DNA of 64,000 bases from Octopus vulgaris (GCA_951406725.2 OX597824.1:19344001-19408000), one strand, 5' to 3'; positions 28,351 to 43,524 are shown, counted from the stretch's first letter. Program-made: numbers and translations. The notes: generated from the sequence alone by a model not told the origin.

Positions 28351-28763
28351 TAGGCGCAGGAGTGGCTGTGTGGTAAGTAGCTTGTTTACCAACCACATGG
28401 TACCGGGTTCAGTCGCACTGCGTGGCACCTTGGGCAAGTGTCTTCTACTATAGCCTCGGGCCGACCAAAGCCTTGTGAGTGGATTTGGTAGACGGAAACT
28501 GAAAGAAGCCCGTCGTATATATGTATATATATGTATATGTGTGTGTGCGTGTATGTTTGTGTTTGTCCTCCTAGCATTGCTTGACAACCGATGCTGGTGT
28601 GTTTATGTCCCCGTCACCTAGCGGTTCGGCAAAAGAGACCGATAGAATAAGTACTGGGCTTACAAAGAATAAGTCCCGGGGTCGAGTTGCTCGATTAAAG
28701 GCGGTGCTCCAGCATGGCCGCAGTCAAATGACTGAAACAAGTAAAAGAGTAAAAGAGTAAAAG
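28351..28763 (+). mobile_element. Full-length SINE family A
   Basis: Complete head, body and (gtaaaaga)n tail. Confidence 0.93.
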
Positions 28764-28804
28764 ATATATATATATATACATATATATATATACATACATA
28801 CATT

Positions 28805-28887
<83 letters not shown>

Positions 28888-29176
28888 TAAGAAGGTTGCC
28901 TAAGCCTGCCGACCTAGGTTCGTTTTACGAGCCCATAAAACTTTAAGTTGCATGGAATCGAATCAAACTGTTATAAAACAGTAGATGAAACTCCTAACAA
29001 ATGTGTCGAGTACCACTTTTTTTTTTGTTTCTCCGCTTGCATACATATGTGCGTGTTTGTGTGTGTATGCGTGTGTGTAGATGTATGTATGTATGTATGT
29101 ATGTATGTGGAGGGAAAAGGGGAAAATGACACGTGGTCTAACCACCGCATCTGCTTTTCACACCGGGTTGAAAATG

Positions 29177-29219
<43 letters not shown>

Positions 29220-29490
29220 TGCAGACCCGTGAATGTGTGTGTGTGTGTGTGCGTTGTGTGTTTGTACGTGCGCACGTTTGTTTGTGTGTGTGTAAAGGAT
29301 GTTTGCGTGTGTGTGCCTGTGTGCGTGTCATCGATAGGTAACTCATGTTACCTGTGAAATAAGAGCTGCCGTAATACTTAATCAAGCGTAAAGGCGTTAA
29401 CAGCAGTAAAACTTCGTTCTCTTTATTGCACTACACCATGTGTTATTGTTCTTCGTTGTCACTGCTCTTCTTCTTCTTATTGTTGTTGTT

Positions 29491-29531
<41 letters not shown>

Positions 29532-29704
29532 TGTTGTTGTTGTTGTTGTTGTTGTTGTTGCTTTTGTTCTTACCGCCGCGGCTGGTGTCGTTGTTTAAGC
29601 CCTACAAGTTCAGCCCAGACGGGATCCACCTATGATCAAAGCATTCCAGCCACACTGCCTTTCATTTCATTCCGGAGTGAACAGACCACATCACGTCTTC
29701 CATT

Positions 29705-30152
29705 ATACACACATACATACATACATACATACATACATACATACATACATACATACATACATACATACATACATACATACATACATACATACACACACAC
29801 ATACATACATACATACATACATGCATGCATACATACACACACACATACATACATACATACATACATGCATGCATACATAAATACATACATACATACATAC
29901 GTACGTACATACATACATACATACATACATACATACATGCATACACACACACATACATACATACATACATACATACATACATACATACACACACACATAC
30001 ATACATACATGCATACATACATGCATACATACATACGTGCATACAAACATGCATACATACATACATACATACGTGCATACATACATGCATACATAGATAC
30101 TTACATACATACATACATACATGCTTACATACATGCTTACATACATACATAC

Positions 30153-30183
<31 letters not shown>

Positions 30184-30320
30184 CATACATGCTTACATAC
30201 ATACATACATACATACATGCTTACATACATACACACATACATACATACATGCTTACATACATGCTTACATACATACATAAATACATACATACATACATAC
30301 ATACATACATACATACATGC

Positions 30321-30351
<31 letters not shown>

Positions 30352-30476
30352 CATACATACATACATACATACATACATACATGCATACATACATACATGC
30401 TTACATACATACATACATACATACATACATGCTTACATACATACACACATACATACATACATGCTTACATACATGC

Positions 30477-30507
<31 letters not shown>

Positions 30508-30528
30508 CATACATACATACATACATGC

Positions 30529-30559
<31 letters not shown>

Positions 30560-30565
30560 CATACA

Positions 30566-30597
<32 letters not shown>
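29705..30597. repeat. ~900-bp (ACAT)n microsatellite with recurring atgctt variants
   Basis: Directly visible. Confidence 0.97.
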
Positions 30598-30844
30598 CAG
30601 GTGCAGGCGTGGCTGTCTGTTAAGAAGCTTGCTTCCCAACCACATGGTTCTGGGTTTAGTTCCACTGCGTGCCACCTTGGGCCAGTGTCTTCAACAATAG
30701 CCTCGGGGAAATTGCAAGAGGATTTGATAGACGGAAACTGAAAGAAGCTTGTTGTATATACGCACTCACACACGGGGTGTGAATAATAAACTACCGTCGA
30801 AATTACGCAAAAATGAAAATAACACTGACATCTCATTTTAACCG

Positions 30845-31236
30845 ATATTATTCTCTAGAAAAACGACGACGTCGTGGTGATCTCATTCTTGCTCACATCA
30901 TAAGCGGAAAGTGTAACCCCTCGAAAGAGCTGTTCTTCACTCTTGCTCCAGAGCGTCGGCTGCGGGGTCACTCCGAAAAGCTCTATCTGCGACGATTTCA
31001 TCTCAATCGAAGGAGAGGGGCTTTCTCCGTCAGGGTTGCGGATCCGTGGAATAAGCTGCCGGACGAGATAGTGAAGATGGATGCCGACGACCGCTCAGTT
31101 CAAAGTCTCTCTTGACCAGAAATGGCCTAAACTCTTTGCATGAACACCACCCTGTACATAACTCCATGTCCTCCTACATGGCCTTGCTTTTTGCTTTTTG
31201 AGCCAAAAAATTAACTTAACTTAACTTAACTTAACT
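30845..31236 (+). mobile_element. 5'-truncated CR1-clade LINE 3' end (second copy)
   Basis: YSLEKRRRRGDLILA..RGHSEKL..RVADPWNKLPDEIV, a frameshift near the end and a (TAACT)n tail. Highly similar to 22950-23337. Confidence 0.88.
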
Positions 31237-31283
31237 ATTTACCAAAATTACATAAAGATATCTTGAAATACTGAAGAGTAAAT

Positions 31284-31544
31284 TTATTCAGTAAAATTGC
31301 CATTGGCTTCAACCACGGCCTCCAGAAAACTTCGGAATCTCCGGCGGCTCTTCCGGACGGTCTCCTTGTTTAAGTTGGTCAATGCTGCCATAATCCTTGC
31401 CTGCAGTTCATTATTGTTGTTACAAGGAATTTTGTCGGTTTTCCGCTCAACTTCGCCCTACACATAATCATCAAGGTGGTTGCAGTCTGGGGAGTTAGCT
31501 GGCCAAATGTTAGGGGTGATGTGGTCGCAAAAATTATCTGGCAG
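31284..31544 (-). pseudogene. Tc1/mariner superfamily (maT/DD37D-like) transposase C-terminal fragment
   Basis: Minus strand translates as DNFCDHITPNIWPANSPDCNHLDDYV*GEVERKT..FRSFLEAVVEANGNFTE*, a WPPNSPDxNPLDY-type motif with an internal stop. Confidence 0.8.
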
Positions 31545-31695
31545 CCGTTGAGCTGATCAGCTAAAACCGTCGTCCTTGTAACCGACAGTGTGCCATATTT
31601 TGATAAAGTTATTATCTGTTATTATATATCTGCTTTTTTTTTATAAGCATAAATGTCCTCAAATATCTTACGCTCCCTGTATATGTACATACATG

Positions 31696-31736
<41 letters not shown>

Positions 31737-31770
31737 CATGCATATATATATAATCATACACACATACACA

Positions 31771-31815
<45 letters not shown>

Positions 31816-31818
31816 CAT

Positions 31819-31886
<68 letters not shown>

Positions 31887-32429
31887 AGAGAAATTACGTC
31901 TGGTCTATTAGTTCCCCTGTGCCTCTGAATGTTATTTTGTCTCGTCCATTATTAGTTAAAGCTGTGTTCCCCAGTCGAAGTTACATGTGTAAGTTTGGCG
32001 TCTGACAAGAAAAATTCAATCACAAACGCATTCGCGTATCGGACGACATTTTTTTCTTTTTTTTGGTATATTCATGATATTTTGTAAATTACATCGGATT
32101 CGTGGCTGTCCAACACACCAAAGCCACGTCCTGAGTCTCCCTAGAAAATATTTATTCAGTTTTTGTTTTTTTTTGTTTAAATCGTCCTCCTATTACAGTT
32201 TCCGTTATAGGACTGTAGTTATTCCTAAAAAGTTTGTCTTAATTTTTGATATTAATTCACGTACATAATCTAGTTTGATGTTTATTTTACCGAACTTTTT
32301 TATGGAGCCAACAAGTTTGATATATGACATAACGGAATGCTCATTGCTTGGCTGTTTTACAACGCCAAACATAAAGCGACGACATTACGAAACAGCTGTA
32401 GCACAAGTCTGATCCCGGCAGAGCTGCTC

Positions 32430-32790
32430 CAGAGCATGATGACACTCGCGGTGCCATTCGCCCAGCCTCAGTCTCTGCTTGATCCATGATTGAAGTTCGG
32501 TCAATGAGACGAGCTGCGGGAAAGCGCGTCTCACAAACGGCGACCACACTTCTTCACCGGTGTCAATGACACGCTGGAGGTGTCGCAGTCTCTGCGCGTC
32601 TGCGCATCATCAGCCACGGCATACCCAGCCCTCCATTTAGCGGATGTTGGCAGCAAATGGATCGCCAAACCATTGGAACTCTTCCCTTCCACAAAAGCGG
32701 GCGAGTATGTGCTCCAGTTACGTGATGATAGAGTCGGGACAAGGCACGACGTTCATCCCGACCTTTTTAGAGATAGCTTCCTCTCGGCCC
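32430..32790 (-). pseudogene. Tx1/L1-clade ORF2 fragment (post-RT region)
   Basis: With frameshifts it reads approximately LEHILARF.WKGRVPMV.RSICCQHPLNGGLGMPWLMMRR..RLRHLQ, the FLWKG...GGLG motif. Confidence 0.7.
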
Positions 32791-32890
32791 ATTGCTATGT
32801 AGATATATATTTAGATAGATTGGTTGATAGATATTTAGATTCATAGGTAGGTAGATATATTTCTTTATTGGCGACACAGGGCTGAACACC

Positions 32891-33845
<955 letters not shown>

Positions 33846-34035
33846 AATTGCTTCATTAAATGATAATACATTACTATTATAGGCTGTGTGGTAAGAAGCG
33901 CGAAACCCTACCACATGGTTCGGTGGTTCAGTCCCATTGCGTGGCACCTTGGGCAAATATATTCTACTACTTAAGCCTCGGTTCGACCCAATGCTTTGTG
34001 AGTGGATTTGGTAGACAGAAACTGGAAGAATCCCG

Positions 34036-34120
<85 letters not shown>

Positions 34121-34459
34121 TATTTGTCAACAAAATGTGGCAGTCCTATAAAGGACGATATTATTGTTGTTTTAGTCCCAGGGAAGCTTCTTTTCTATCT
34201 GGCCATCGACACACAGTGTGTGCCCGTAGAGCATTTGCAGAGGAGGTCATCGCTCCCATCTCTAGCCTTACGTGATACTCACAGACCTAGGTTTCTGGCT
34301 GGTTACCCGTCCTAAGTGTCAGAAAATCACAAGCTAGCGACGAAAGCTCTCTCCACTCGGAAATCCTATATATTCTTTAAGCGACACAGTTACACAGAAA
34401 ATTTATTTTAAATCTCTGAACGTGAGATATACAGTAACACTACTGAATAGTAAAGCTTA

Positions 34460-34843
34460 ATGGAGGCACAATGGCCCAGTGGTTAGGGCAGCGGACTCGC
34501 GGTCATAGGATCACGGTTTCGATTCCCAGACCGGGCGTTGTGAGTGTTTATTGAGCGAAAACACCTAAAGCTCCACGAGGCTCCGGCAGGGGATGGTGGT
34601 GATCCCTGCTGTACTCGTTCACCACAACTTTCTCTCACTCTTACTTCCTGTTTCTCTTGTACCTGTATTTCAAAGGGCCGGCCTTGTCACTCTCTGTGTC
34701 ACGCTGAATATCTCCGAGAACTACTTTAAGGGTACACGTGTCTGTGGAGTGCTCAGCCACTTACACGTTAATTTCACGAGCAGGCTGTTCCATTGATTCG
34801 GATCAACCGGAACCCTCGTCGTCGTAACCGACGGAGTGCTTCC
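34460..34843 (+). mobile_element. Full-length SINE family B
   Basis: 12-bp TSD tagtaaagctta at 34448-34459 and 34844-34855. Confidence 0.93.
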
Positions 34844-35947
34844 TAGTAAAGCTTATTTGCCAACAGAAGGTGGCAGTTCTATAAAGGACGATGTTACTGC
34901 TGTTTTAGCCCCAGGAAAACATATTTTCCAGCTGATCATCGACACGCAGTCTACGTCCGTATATAGCATTAAGCGACTGAGTGTCGCTTTAAGAATATAT
35001 AGTATTCACAAGTGGCGAGAGTTTTCGTTGAAAATTCAAAGTTCATTGAATATTTTTTAATTTGGTACATTAATACACTTTTCCAATCTGAATATCAGGA
35101 GATATTTCACTTTTTTCGGAAAATTTTTGAAAGAAGTTTTAGAGGTTTAAAGTTTGATAATTTTCACCCAATCAGAAAACCAGGATTAGAAGCTGTCAAT
35201 TTGTGCGTGACAGTTCCTGTTCTCAACAGTAAATGAATGAAATTCTGCTTTACGCACGCCATATAAACCCTCATAATTTTTTTTATTTCTTGGAATTTTC
35301 AGAAAAATATTGGCAAATTTGTATTCTACACATGAGAATTCATATGGTTATCCAAAAATAAAACAAGAGATTTTTTGGCACGTGATTTAAAGCCTATTTG
35401 GCTGTTATTTTTAACACATCTGATGTTTATCTCAACGAGTCGAATATATTTGTCAACAAGTACTTTCTCGCAGACAAAAGAGTTCTCATGCATAAATGTG
35501 TCTGTGGCATACGATTGGCTAAAATTACCCAAAATTTTCAAACTTTAAAAGCTAATGACACTTTATTTAATGATTTACTGCGAAAATGAATTTCAAAACA
35601 ATGATTAGCATATAAAACCATATCATTATACCGAATGTGAAATCAATTCGATCAGGAATTGAAGAGGCTGAAAATTTGCAGCCAAAGAGAAAAGATCCCA
35701 AAAACGTACTGGGGTTGATATATTTGACTAAATATTCTCCAAGTTCTGCTAGTGGTACCTGGCATCACAACCCAAATCACGACGTTTCGGCAGCTTGGAA
35801 TCACGGAGGTGAGAGAATCTTGATACGGTGTTTAATAAAGACGACGGCAGCATTCGATTGTCAAGCAAAGCTACTAAAATGGCCCCTTAGCTGTAAGTCT
35901 AGGCCCAACATAATATCATGAGAGTACATGCATGTGGATATGATACC

Positions 35948-36020
<73 letters not shown>

Positions 36021-36193
36021 CGCGTGTGTGTACATATATAGGTATAGACGAAGAGAGAGAGAGTGAAGGAGTGAAGGAAAGAGTATGTGCAGGTCGTGAG
36101 GGAAAATGTGTAACAAATCACGGGGCCTAGGTGTGTTATAATACGCGCGCACACACACACACATATGCGTGTATGAGGGGTATAGACAGACAG

Positions 36194-36269
<76 letters not shown>

Positions 36270-36371
36270 GGATAGATAGACAGAGAGACAGACAGAGAGA
36301 CAGACAGAGAGACAGATACACAGAGAGACAGACAGACACACACACAGATTGATAGATAGATTGATAGATAA

Positions 36372-36428
<57 letters not shown>

Positions 36429-36479
36429 AATGTGTGTTTATATATGAATGTATATATTTGTATGTGTGTGTGTGTGTGT

Positions 36480-36564
<85 letters not shown>

Positions 36565-37021
36565 CGGTTTTGTTTGTGCTTCTAGTGCGAGTGCGTGGGG
36601 GTTTAGGAGACAGGGGTGAGGACAGGGTGAGAAGGTTCTGGATAAACTATCTGAAATAGATCGGGGTCAGGAATAACAGAGAAAAGAAGTGGGATGGAAG
36701 GAAAAGATGTATATGTGTGTGTGTGTGTCTATGTATGTATGTCTATGTATCTATGTATGTATGTGTGTATGTGAGTGTGTGGCATACACACACAAAGATA
36801 CTTGTACGCATGAACAAGTACAAAGATATACACACATACATATACGTACATATATCTTATGCATATCTATACATATATACACGCATATACATGTATACAC
36901 ACACACACATGCATACACATGCATATACACGTACACACACACACACACATACTGTGTGTTTATACATGCACATATGTACGTAAGCGGTGTGTCTATGATG
37001 GCATATATATATATATGTATG

Positions 37022-37083
<62 letters not shown>

Positions 37084-37194
37084 TGTGTGTATATATTTGT
37101 GTGTGTGTGTGTTTGTGTGTGTGTATACATTCTTTTAATTCTTCAATTCTTTTACTTGTTTCAGTCATTTGACTGCGACTATGCTGGAGCAACA

Positions 37195-37250
<56 letters not shown>

Positions 37251-37325
37251 GAGAAAGAGAGAGATGTATATATGTATGCGTATGTGTATACATATATTGT
37301 GCATATATATACATATAAGGTTCAG

Positions 37326-37740
37326 AGTGGCTGTGTGGTAAGTAGCTTGCTTACCAACCACATGGTTCCAGGTTCAGTCCCACTGCATGGCACCTTGGGC
37401 AAGTGTCTTCTACTATTGCCCCGGGCCGACCAATGCCTTGTGAGTGGATTTGGTAGACGGAAACTGAAAGAAGCCCGTCGTATATATATATGTATATATA
37501 TATATATACATATGTGTGTGTGTGTATGTATTTGTGTGTCTGTGTTTGTCCCCCTAGCATTGCTTGACAACCGATGCTGGTGTGTTTACGTCCCCGTAAC
37601 TTAGCGGTTCGGCAAAAGAGACCGATAGAATAAGTACTGGGCTTACAAAGAATAAGTCCTGGGGGTCGATTTGCTTGACTAAAGGTGGTGCTCCAGCATG
37701 GCCACAGTCAAATAACTGAAACAAGTAAAAGAGTAAAGAG
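37326..37740 (+). mobile_element. SINE family A
   Basis: Near-complete unit. Confidence 0.92.
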
Positions 37741-38202
37741 TATATACATACACACATATATACATACACATATGTATATGCTTATATATAAGTATATATA
37801 AATATATATAGATGTGTGTGTGTGTGTGTGTAGGTATGTATGTGCAGGCGGAGTATACTACGCGGTGGTGAGAATATGATGAGAACGGGGGGGGGGGGGA
37901 TGAGGCGGTGTGGTGGCGGGAGAGGAGCGAGCACCCGTGCTGTCGGGCAATCCGACACACATAAGACAGAGCGAATGACATAGATAGGTAAACAGGCAAG
38001 CAGACGAACAGCCGGGCAGACAGATCGGATGACATAGTTAGGAGAGATGTAGAAGGGCGGGAACCCAAGGCAGACAGACAGACAGATATGTAGACAGACA
38101 GGCAGCAGACAAAGCAAGCAGGCTGGTAGTGAGTATATAAACTGTGTGACACAGAAAAAACAGACTGAGAGAGAGAGAGAGAGAGTGGGAGGGGGTGATA
38201 GT

Positions 38203-38240
<38 letters not shown>

Positions 38241-38309
38241 TAGAGAGAGACAGACAGACAGAGATAGATGGGTATATAGGTAGGTAGATAGACAGATAGA
38301 TAGAAAGAA

Positions 38310-38383
<74 letters not shown>

Positions 38384-38614
38384 TGATAGACGGATGGATG
38401 GATGGATGGTTAGATAGATGGATAGATTGATGGCTAGATAGATAGATGCATACATACATACATACATACATACATACATACGTACGTGCGTACATACATA
38501 CATACATATATACATACGTACGTACGTACGTACATACATATATACATGGATGAACGGGTACGTAAATAGATGGATCTGTGTATGGGTAGGCAGAGAGATA
38601 ACATAGATAGATAG

Positions 38615-38670
<56 letters not shown>

Positions 38671-38674
38671 ATAA

Positions 38675-38744
<70 letters not shown>

Positions 38745-38949
38745 GGATAGAAAGGGAGGCAGATAGACAAACAATGGTGGACGGGGTGAAGAGACTTTTG
38801 AGCGACATACCTTTGACATTTCAACAGTGTGTTATGTAGGGGCAGGGAGAGGAGGGAGTTCCTGAGAAGAGACAACAGTTATGTGAGGGAGGGGGAAAAG
38901 TAGTGGGGTGTGGTGTGAGTGAGTTGATAGCCTGCAGTTAGTGTCTACG

Positions 38950-39475
38950 CCACCATTGTTAATACACTAATGTCATGACCACAAACACCACCGCCGATAC
39001 TTACTACTGCCTATACTACCAAAACCACTAATACCGAAACTGCTGTTCCCACCAATACTACCACCGCCACTACCAACTCACTGATACTACAACCCAAGCC
39101 ACTACTCGCACCACTACCACTGCTTATGCACCAACACTACAACCCAAACACAGTAATACTACTAACACTATCGCCAACACTGCAACACTGCAATCAACAT
39201 CACTACTAACACACAAACAACAATACCAACACCTCAACCACTACAACAAAAACTGCAACTCATACCACCACTAACACCACCACCACCACCAGACTAACAC
39301 TATTACCAGTGCAATGACACAACCAGTGCCATCAATGCTAACCCACTATCACCGTTGCTAACACCACTAACAACACTACTGCCCAAACCACTCCTTACAT
39401 CGCTATTAGCGCCATTATTAAGACTACTGCCAACACAGTGGTACTACACTAATACTACCGCTGAAACCACTAATC
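38950..39475. repeat. Degenerate (ACC/ACT/AAC)n low-complexity tract
   Basis: A/C-rich triplet-like sequence with shifting phase and no long ATG-initiated ORF. Confidence 0.8.
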
Positions 39476-39482
39476 CAATGTG

Positions 39483-39875
39483 GTGACCTGGCAGAAACGT
39501 TTGCACCCCGGGCGAAACACATAACGGTATTTCGTCTGTCTTTACGTTCTGAGTTCAAATTCCGCCGAGGGCGACTTTACCTTTCATCCTTTCGCTGTCG
39601 ATTCAATAAGTACCAGTTACGCACTGGAGTCGATATAATCGACTTAATCCGTTTGTCTGTCCTTGTTTGTCCTTTCTGTGTTTAGCCCCTTGTGGGTAGT
39701 AAAGAAATAGGTATTTCGTGTCTTTACGTTCTCAGTTCAAATTCTGCCGAGGTCAACTTTACCTTTCATCTTTTTGGGGTCGATGAATTAAGTACCAGTT
39801 GCGTACTGGTGTCGATCTAATCGACTGGCCCCTTCCCCAAAAATTTCGGGCCTTGTGCTTAGAATAGAAAAGAAT
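39483..39875 (+). mobile_element. Composite/dimeric SINE family C
   Basis: Two cores joined at aaagaaatag|gtatttcg. Confidence 0.85.
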
Positions 39876-39887
39876 ACCACTAATCTC

Positions 39888-40640
39888 TGGTACTCCGACG
39901 GTTACGACGACGAGGGTTCCAGTTGTCCCCAACCAACGGAACAGCCTGTTTGTGAAATTAACGCGCAAGTGGCTGAGTACTCCGCAGACACGCGTGCTCT
40001 TTAACGTAGTTCCCAGGGAAATTCAGCGTGACACAGAATGTGACAAGGCTGGCCCCCTTTGAATTACCGGTACTGCTCATTTTCAAGGCAGCGAGCTGGC
40101 AGAATCGTTAGCATGCCGGGCGAAATGCTTAGCAGTATTTCGTCTGCCGTTACGTTCTGAGTTCAAATTCCGCCGAGGTCGACTTTGCCTTTCATCCTTT
40201 CGGGGTCGATAAATTAAGTACCAGTTACGCACTGGGGTCGAGGTAATCGACTTAATACCTATGTCTGTCCTTGTTTGTCCCCTCTGTGTTTAGCCCCTTG
40301 TGGGTAATAAAGAAATAGGTATTTCTTCTGCCGCTACGTTCTGAGTTCAAATTCCGCCGAGGTCGACTTTGCCTTTCATCCTTTCGGGGGTCGATAAATT
40401 AAGTACCAGTTACGCACTGGGGTCGATGTAATCGACTTAATACCTATGTCTGTCCTTGTTTGTCCCCTCTGTGTTTAGCCCCTTGTGGGTAATAAAGAAA
40501 TAGGTACTGCTCATTTTCGCCAGCTGAGTGGAGCAACGTGGAAAATGAATTGTCTTGATCAAGGTCACAACGCGCTGCGAGGAATCGAACTGACGGTCTT
40601 ACGATTAGAGCCGAAGACCCTCTAAGCCAAGCGCCTACAC
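39888..40640 (-). mobile_element. Hybrid SINE (family D CORE-like head plus family B 3' half) interrupted by a family C dimer
   Basis: 39888-40070 matches the family B tail. 40503-40640 is a tRNA-like/CORE-like head. The two halves join across a TSD. Confidence 0.75.
40085..40502 (+). mobile_element. Head-to-tail dimeric SINE family C
   Basis: A ~184-bp core is repeated. 16-bp TSD ggtactgctcattttc at 40069-40084 and 40503-40518. Confidence 0.92.
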
Positions 40641-40892
40641 TTAATACCAGTAATACTAACACACAGACACACTATGTACCACCACAACACCACAACCTTC
40701 ATTGCAACCACAACTGTGTCACTATTGCAGCGAATCCACCAATAAGGGTGCTGCTCCTTATTTACTGCATCAGGATTAACGAAGGCACGTAGCTTAGTGG
40801 TTAGGGTGTTCGGTTCACGATCGTAAGGCCGTGAGTTCGATTCCTACGGTGCATTGTATCCTTAAGCAAGACACTTTATTTTACATTGCTCC

Positions 40893-41279
40893 GCGTGGAG
40901 GCGCAATGGCCCAGTGGTTAGGGCAGCGGACTCGCGGTCATAGGATCGCGGTTTCGATTCCCAGACCGGGCGTTGTGAGTGTTTATTGAGCGAAAACACC
41001 TAAAGCTCCACGAGGCTCCGGCAGGGGATGGTGGTGATCCCTGCAGTACTCTTTCACCACAACTTTCTCTCACTCTTACTTCCTGTTTCTGTTGTACCTG
41101 TATTTCAAAGGGCCGGCCTTGTCACTCTCTGTGTCACGCTGAATATCCCCGAGAACTACGTTAAGGGTACACGTGTCTGTGGAGTGCTCAGCCACTTACA
41201 CGTTAATTTCACGAGCAGGCTGTTCCGTAGATTCGGATCAACCGGAACCCTCGTCGTCGAAACCGACGGAGTGCTTCCA
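40893..41279 (+). mobile_element. Full-length SINE family B nested in a family D SINE (about 40783-41335)
   Basis: 11-bp TSD tacattgctcc at 40882-40892 and 41280-41290. Host head is gtagcttagtggttagggtg..gagttcgattcc. Confidence 0.92.
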
Positions 41280-41556
41280 TACATTGCTCCTATCCACTCA
41301 GCTGGCAATAATGAGTAGTACTTGCATTTCAAAGGGTTTATGTGACCTTTGGGGTCTACATTACATTTTATTGTCAAAGTATATTTATAATAAATTCTTT
41401 ATGCTTCTACAATACACAAAAAATATTTTAAAGATTTGTTTTTATACAATTTCAAATTTTGAGGTCAATGAAATAAGTACCAGTTACGCACTGAAGTCAA
41501 TATAAACCACAAGACCCCTTTCCCAAAAATCTTCAAGGCCTTGTGTCTAGAGTATA

Positions 41557-41675
41557 GCTGACGACCATATCACGTTGAAAGCACCGGTTCTCGTCCGATC
41601 ACCGAAGTTAAGCAACATCGAGCCTAGTGAGTACTTAGATGCGTTACCGCTTGGGAAACCTAGGTGCTGTAAGCA
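41557..41675 (+). rRNA. 5S rRNA: Solo 5S rRNA copy, probably a pseudogene
   Basis: 119 nt GCTGACGACCATATCACGTTGAAAGCACCGGTTCTCGTCCGATCACCGAAGTTAAGC...GGGAAACCTAGGTGCTGTAAGCA followed by TTTT. The box C region reads TAGATGCGTT instead of the usual TGGATGGGTG. Confidence 0.93.
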
Positions 41676-41688
41676 TTTTAAATAAGTG

Positions 41689-42026
41689 TAGGAGTGGCTG
41701 TGTGGTAAGTAGCTTGCTTACGAACCACTTCGTTCCGAGTTCAGTCCCACTGCGTGGCACCTTGGGCGAGTGTCTTCTACTATACCCTGGGTAGACCAAA
41801 GCATTATGAGTGGATTTGGTAGACGGAAACTGAAAGAAGCCCGTCGTATGTATGTATATATATATGTTTAGGAGTGGCTGTGTGGTAAGTAGCTTGCTTA
41901 CGAACCACATAGTTCCGAGTTCATGCCCACTGCGTGGCAATTTGCGCAAGTGTCTTCTACTATACCCTCGAGCAGACCAAATCATTGTGAGTGGATTTGG
42001 TAGACGGAAACTGAAAGAAGCCCGTC

Positions 42027-42066
<40 letters not shown>

Positions 42067-42306
42067 GTATGTGTGTGTATATGTTTGTGTGTCTGGGTTT
42101 GTCCCCTCAACATCGCTTGACAACCGATGCTGGTGTGTTTACGTCCCCGTAACTTAGCGGTTCGGCAAAAATGACCGATAGAATAAGAACTAGGCTTGCA
42201 AAGAATAAGTCCTGTGGTCGATTTGCTCGATCGACTAAAGGCGGTGCTCCAGCAAGGCCACAATCAAATGACTGAAACAAGTAAAAGAGTAAAAAGAGAG
42301 TAAAGA
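41689..42306 (+). mobile_element. SINE family A with duplicated 5' half (41689-41848, then 41869-42306)
   Basis: Both heads share the diagnostic variants cttacgaaccac, ttccgagttca and ctataccct. Confidence 0.9.
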
Positions 42307-42569
42307 GAAGAAATAATTATTATTCTTTATAATAATTGTGCATCTCAGCTATTGTTACATTGCATATAGTTATCGCAAGATCTGTTTTGTGAAATCTTTT
42401 ATTCAACCCATTTGAGCGCTGGTCACTAGGCGAAACTGATTTTCACACTGCCTGATGAGAGATACAGTAATCGAAACAGATACGAGATAAGATCGTGTAT
42501 ATTTTTCTGTAACATGTATCAGGAGTCAGTCCTTATTGTCTATTCTTTCATTTTATATATGTGTATATT

Positions 42570-42672
<103 letters not shown>

Positions 42673-42718
42673 GTATATATATATGTATATACATATATAT
42701 ATATACATATATATATAA

Positions 42719-42773
<55 letters not shown>

Positions 42774-42970
42774 TATATACACACACACGACGTGCTTCTT
42801 TCAGTTTTTGTCAACCAAATTCACTCACAGTGCTTTAATATAGAAGACACTTGCATAGGTAGACAGGCAAGCAGGCAGGCAGACAGACAGACAGACAGAC
42901 AGACAGACAGGCAGGCAGACAGACAGACAGATAGACAGACAGACATACAGATATATATATATATATATAT

Positions 42971-43047
<77 letters not shown>

Positions 43048-43385
43048 AGAATGCTTTGTTAATGTTCATTTGTTAAACTCCTTATAAAGCCCCATTTTCT
43101 GAAGAAGAGACCTCTTTATTAGTTTGATGTTCGCTCCTAATTAATTTGGAGCAGCTTGCACTAATTTCCAGAGGTTTACCGTTTATAATTACTGCATAAC
43201 AAAGAATTTAGAGCTTCACAACTTAAAAGTGTAAATCACTTTCGTGTGAGTATATTTGTATGTATGTATGTATGTATGTATGTATGTATGTATGTATGTA
43301 TGTATGTATGTATGTATGTATATGTATGTATGCATGTGTATATGCATGTATATATATATATATATTATATATATATATATATATG

Positions 43386-43474
43386 AAACCGTGTATGCAT
43401 TGTATATATGTATGTATGTATGTATGTATGTTTCTATATGTATATATGTATCATATACGCAGATACATATAGAA

Positions 43475-43507
<33 letters not shown>

Positions 43508-43523
43508 CAATGCATACACGGTT

Positions 43524-43524
<1 letters not shown>
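43386..43524. repeat. Inverted repeat with ~58-bp arms within microsatellite DNA
   Basis: aaaccgtgtatgcattgtatatatg(tatg)n tttctatatgtat / atacatatagaaa(cata)n tatacaatgcatacacggttt. Confidence 0.85.

Noticed and set aside
38950-39475. Thr-rich mucin-like exon
   Set aside because: The triplet phase shifts repeatedly and no splice signals are evident. It is degenerate simple repeat.
40895-40970. tRNA-Arg gene (and similar heads at 4655, 17090, 34460)
   Set aside because: A and B boxes are present, but the acceptor stem is not formed and each head continues into a SINE body bounded by TSDs.
40979-41318. Recurring ORFs such as [26 protein letters not shown] and [11 protein letters not shown] as a gene family
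   Set aside because: They recur only because they lie within SINE families A and B.
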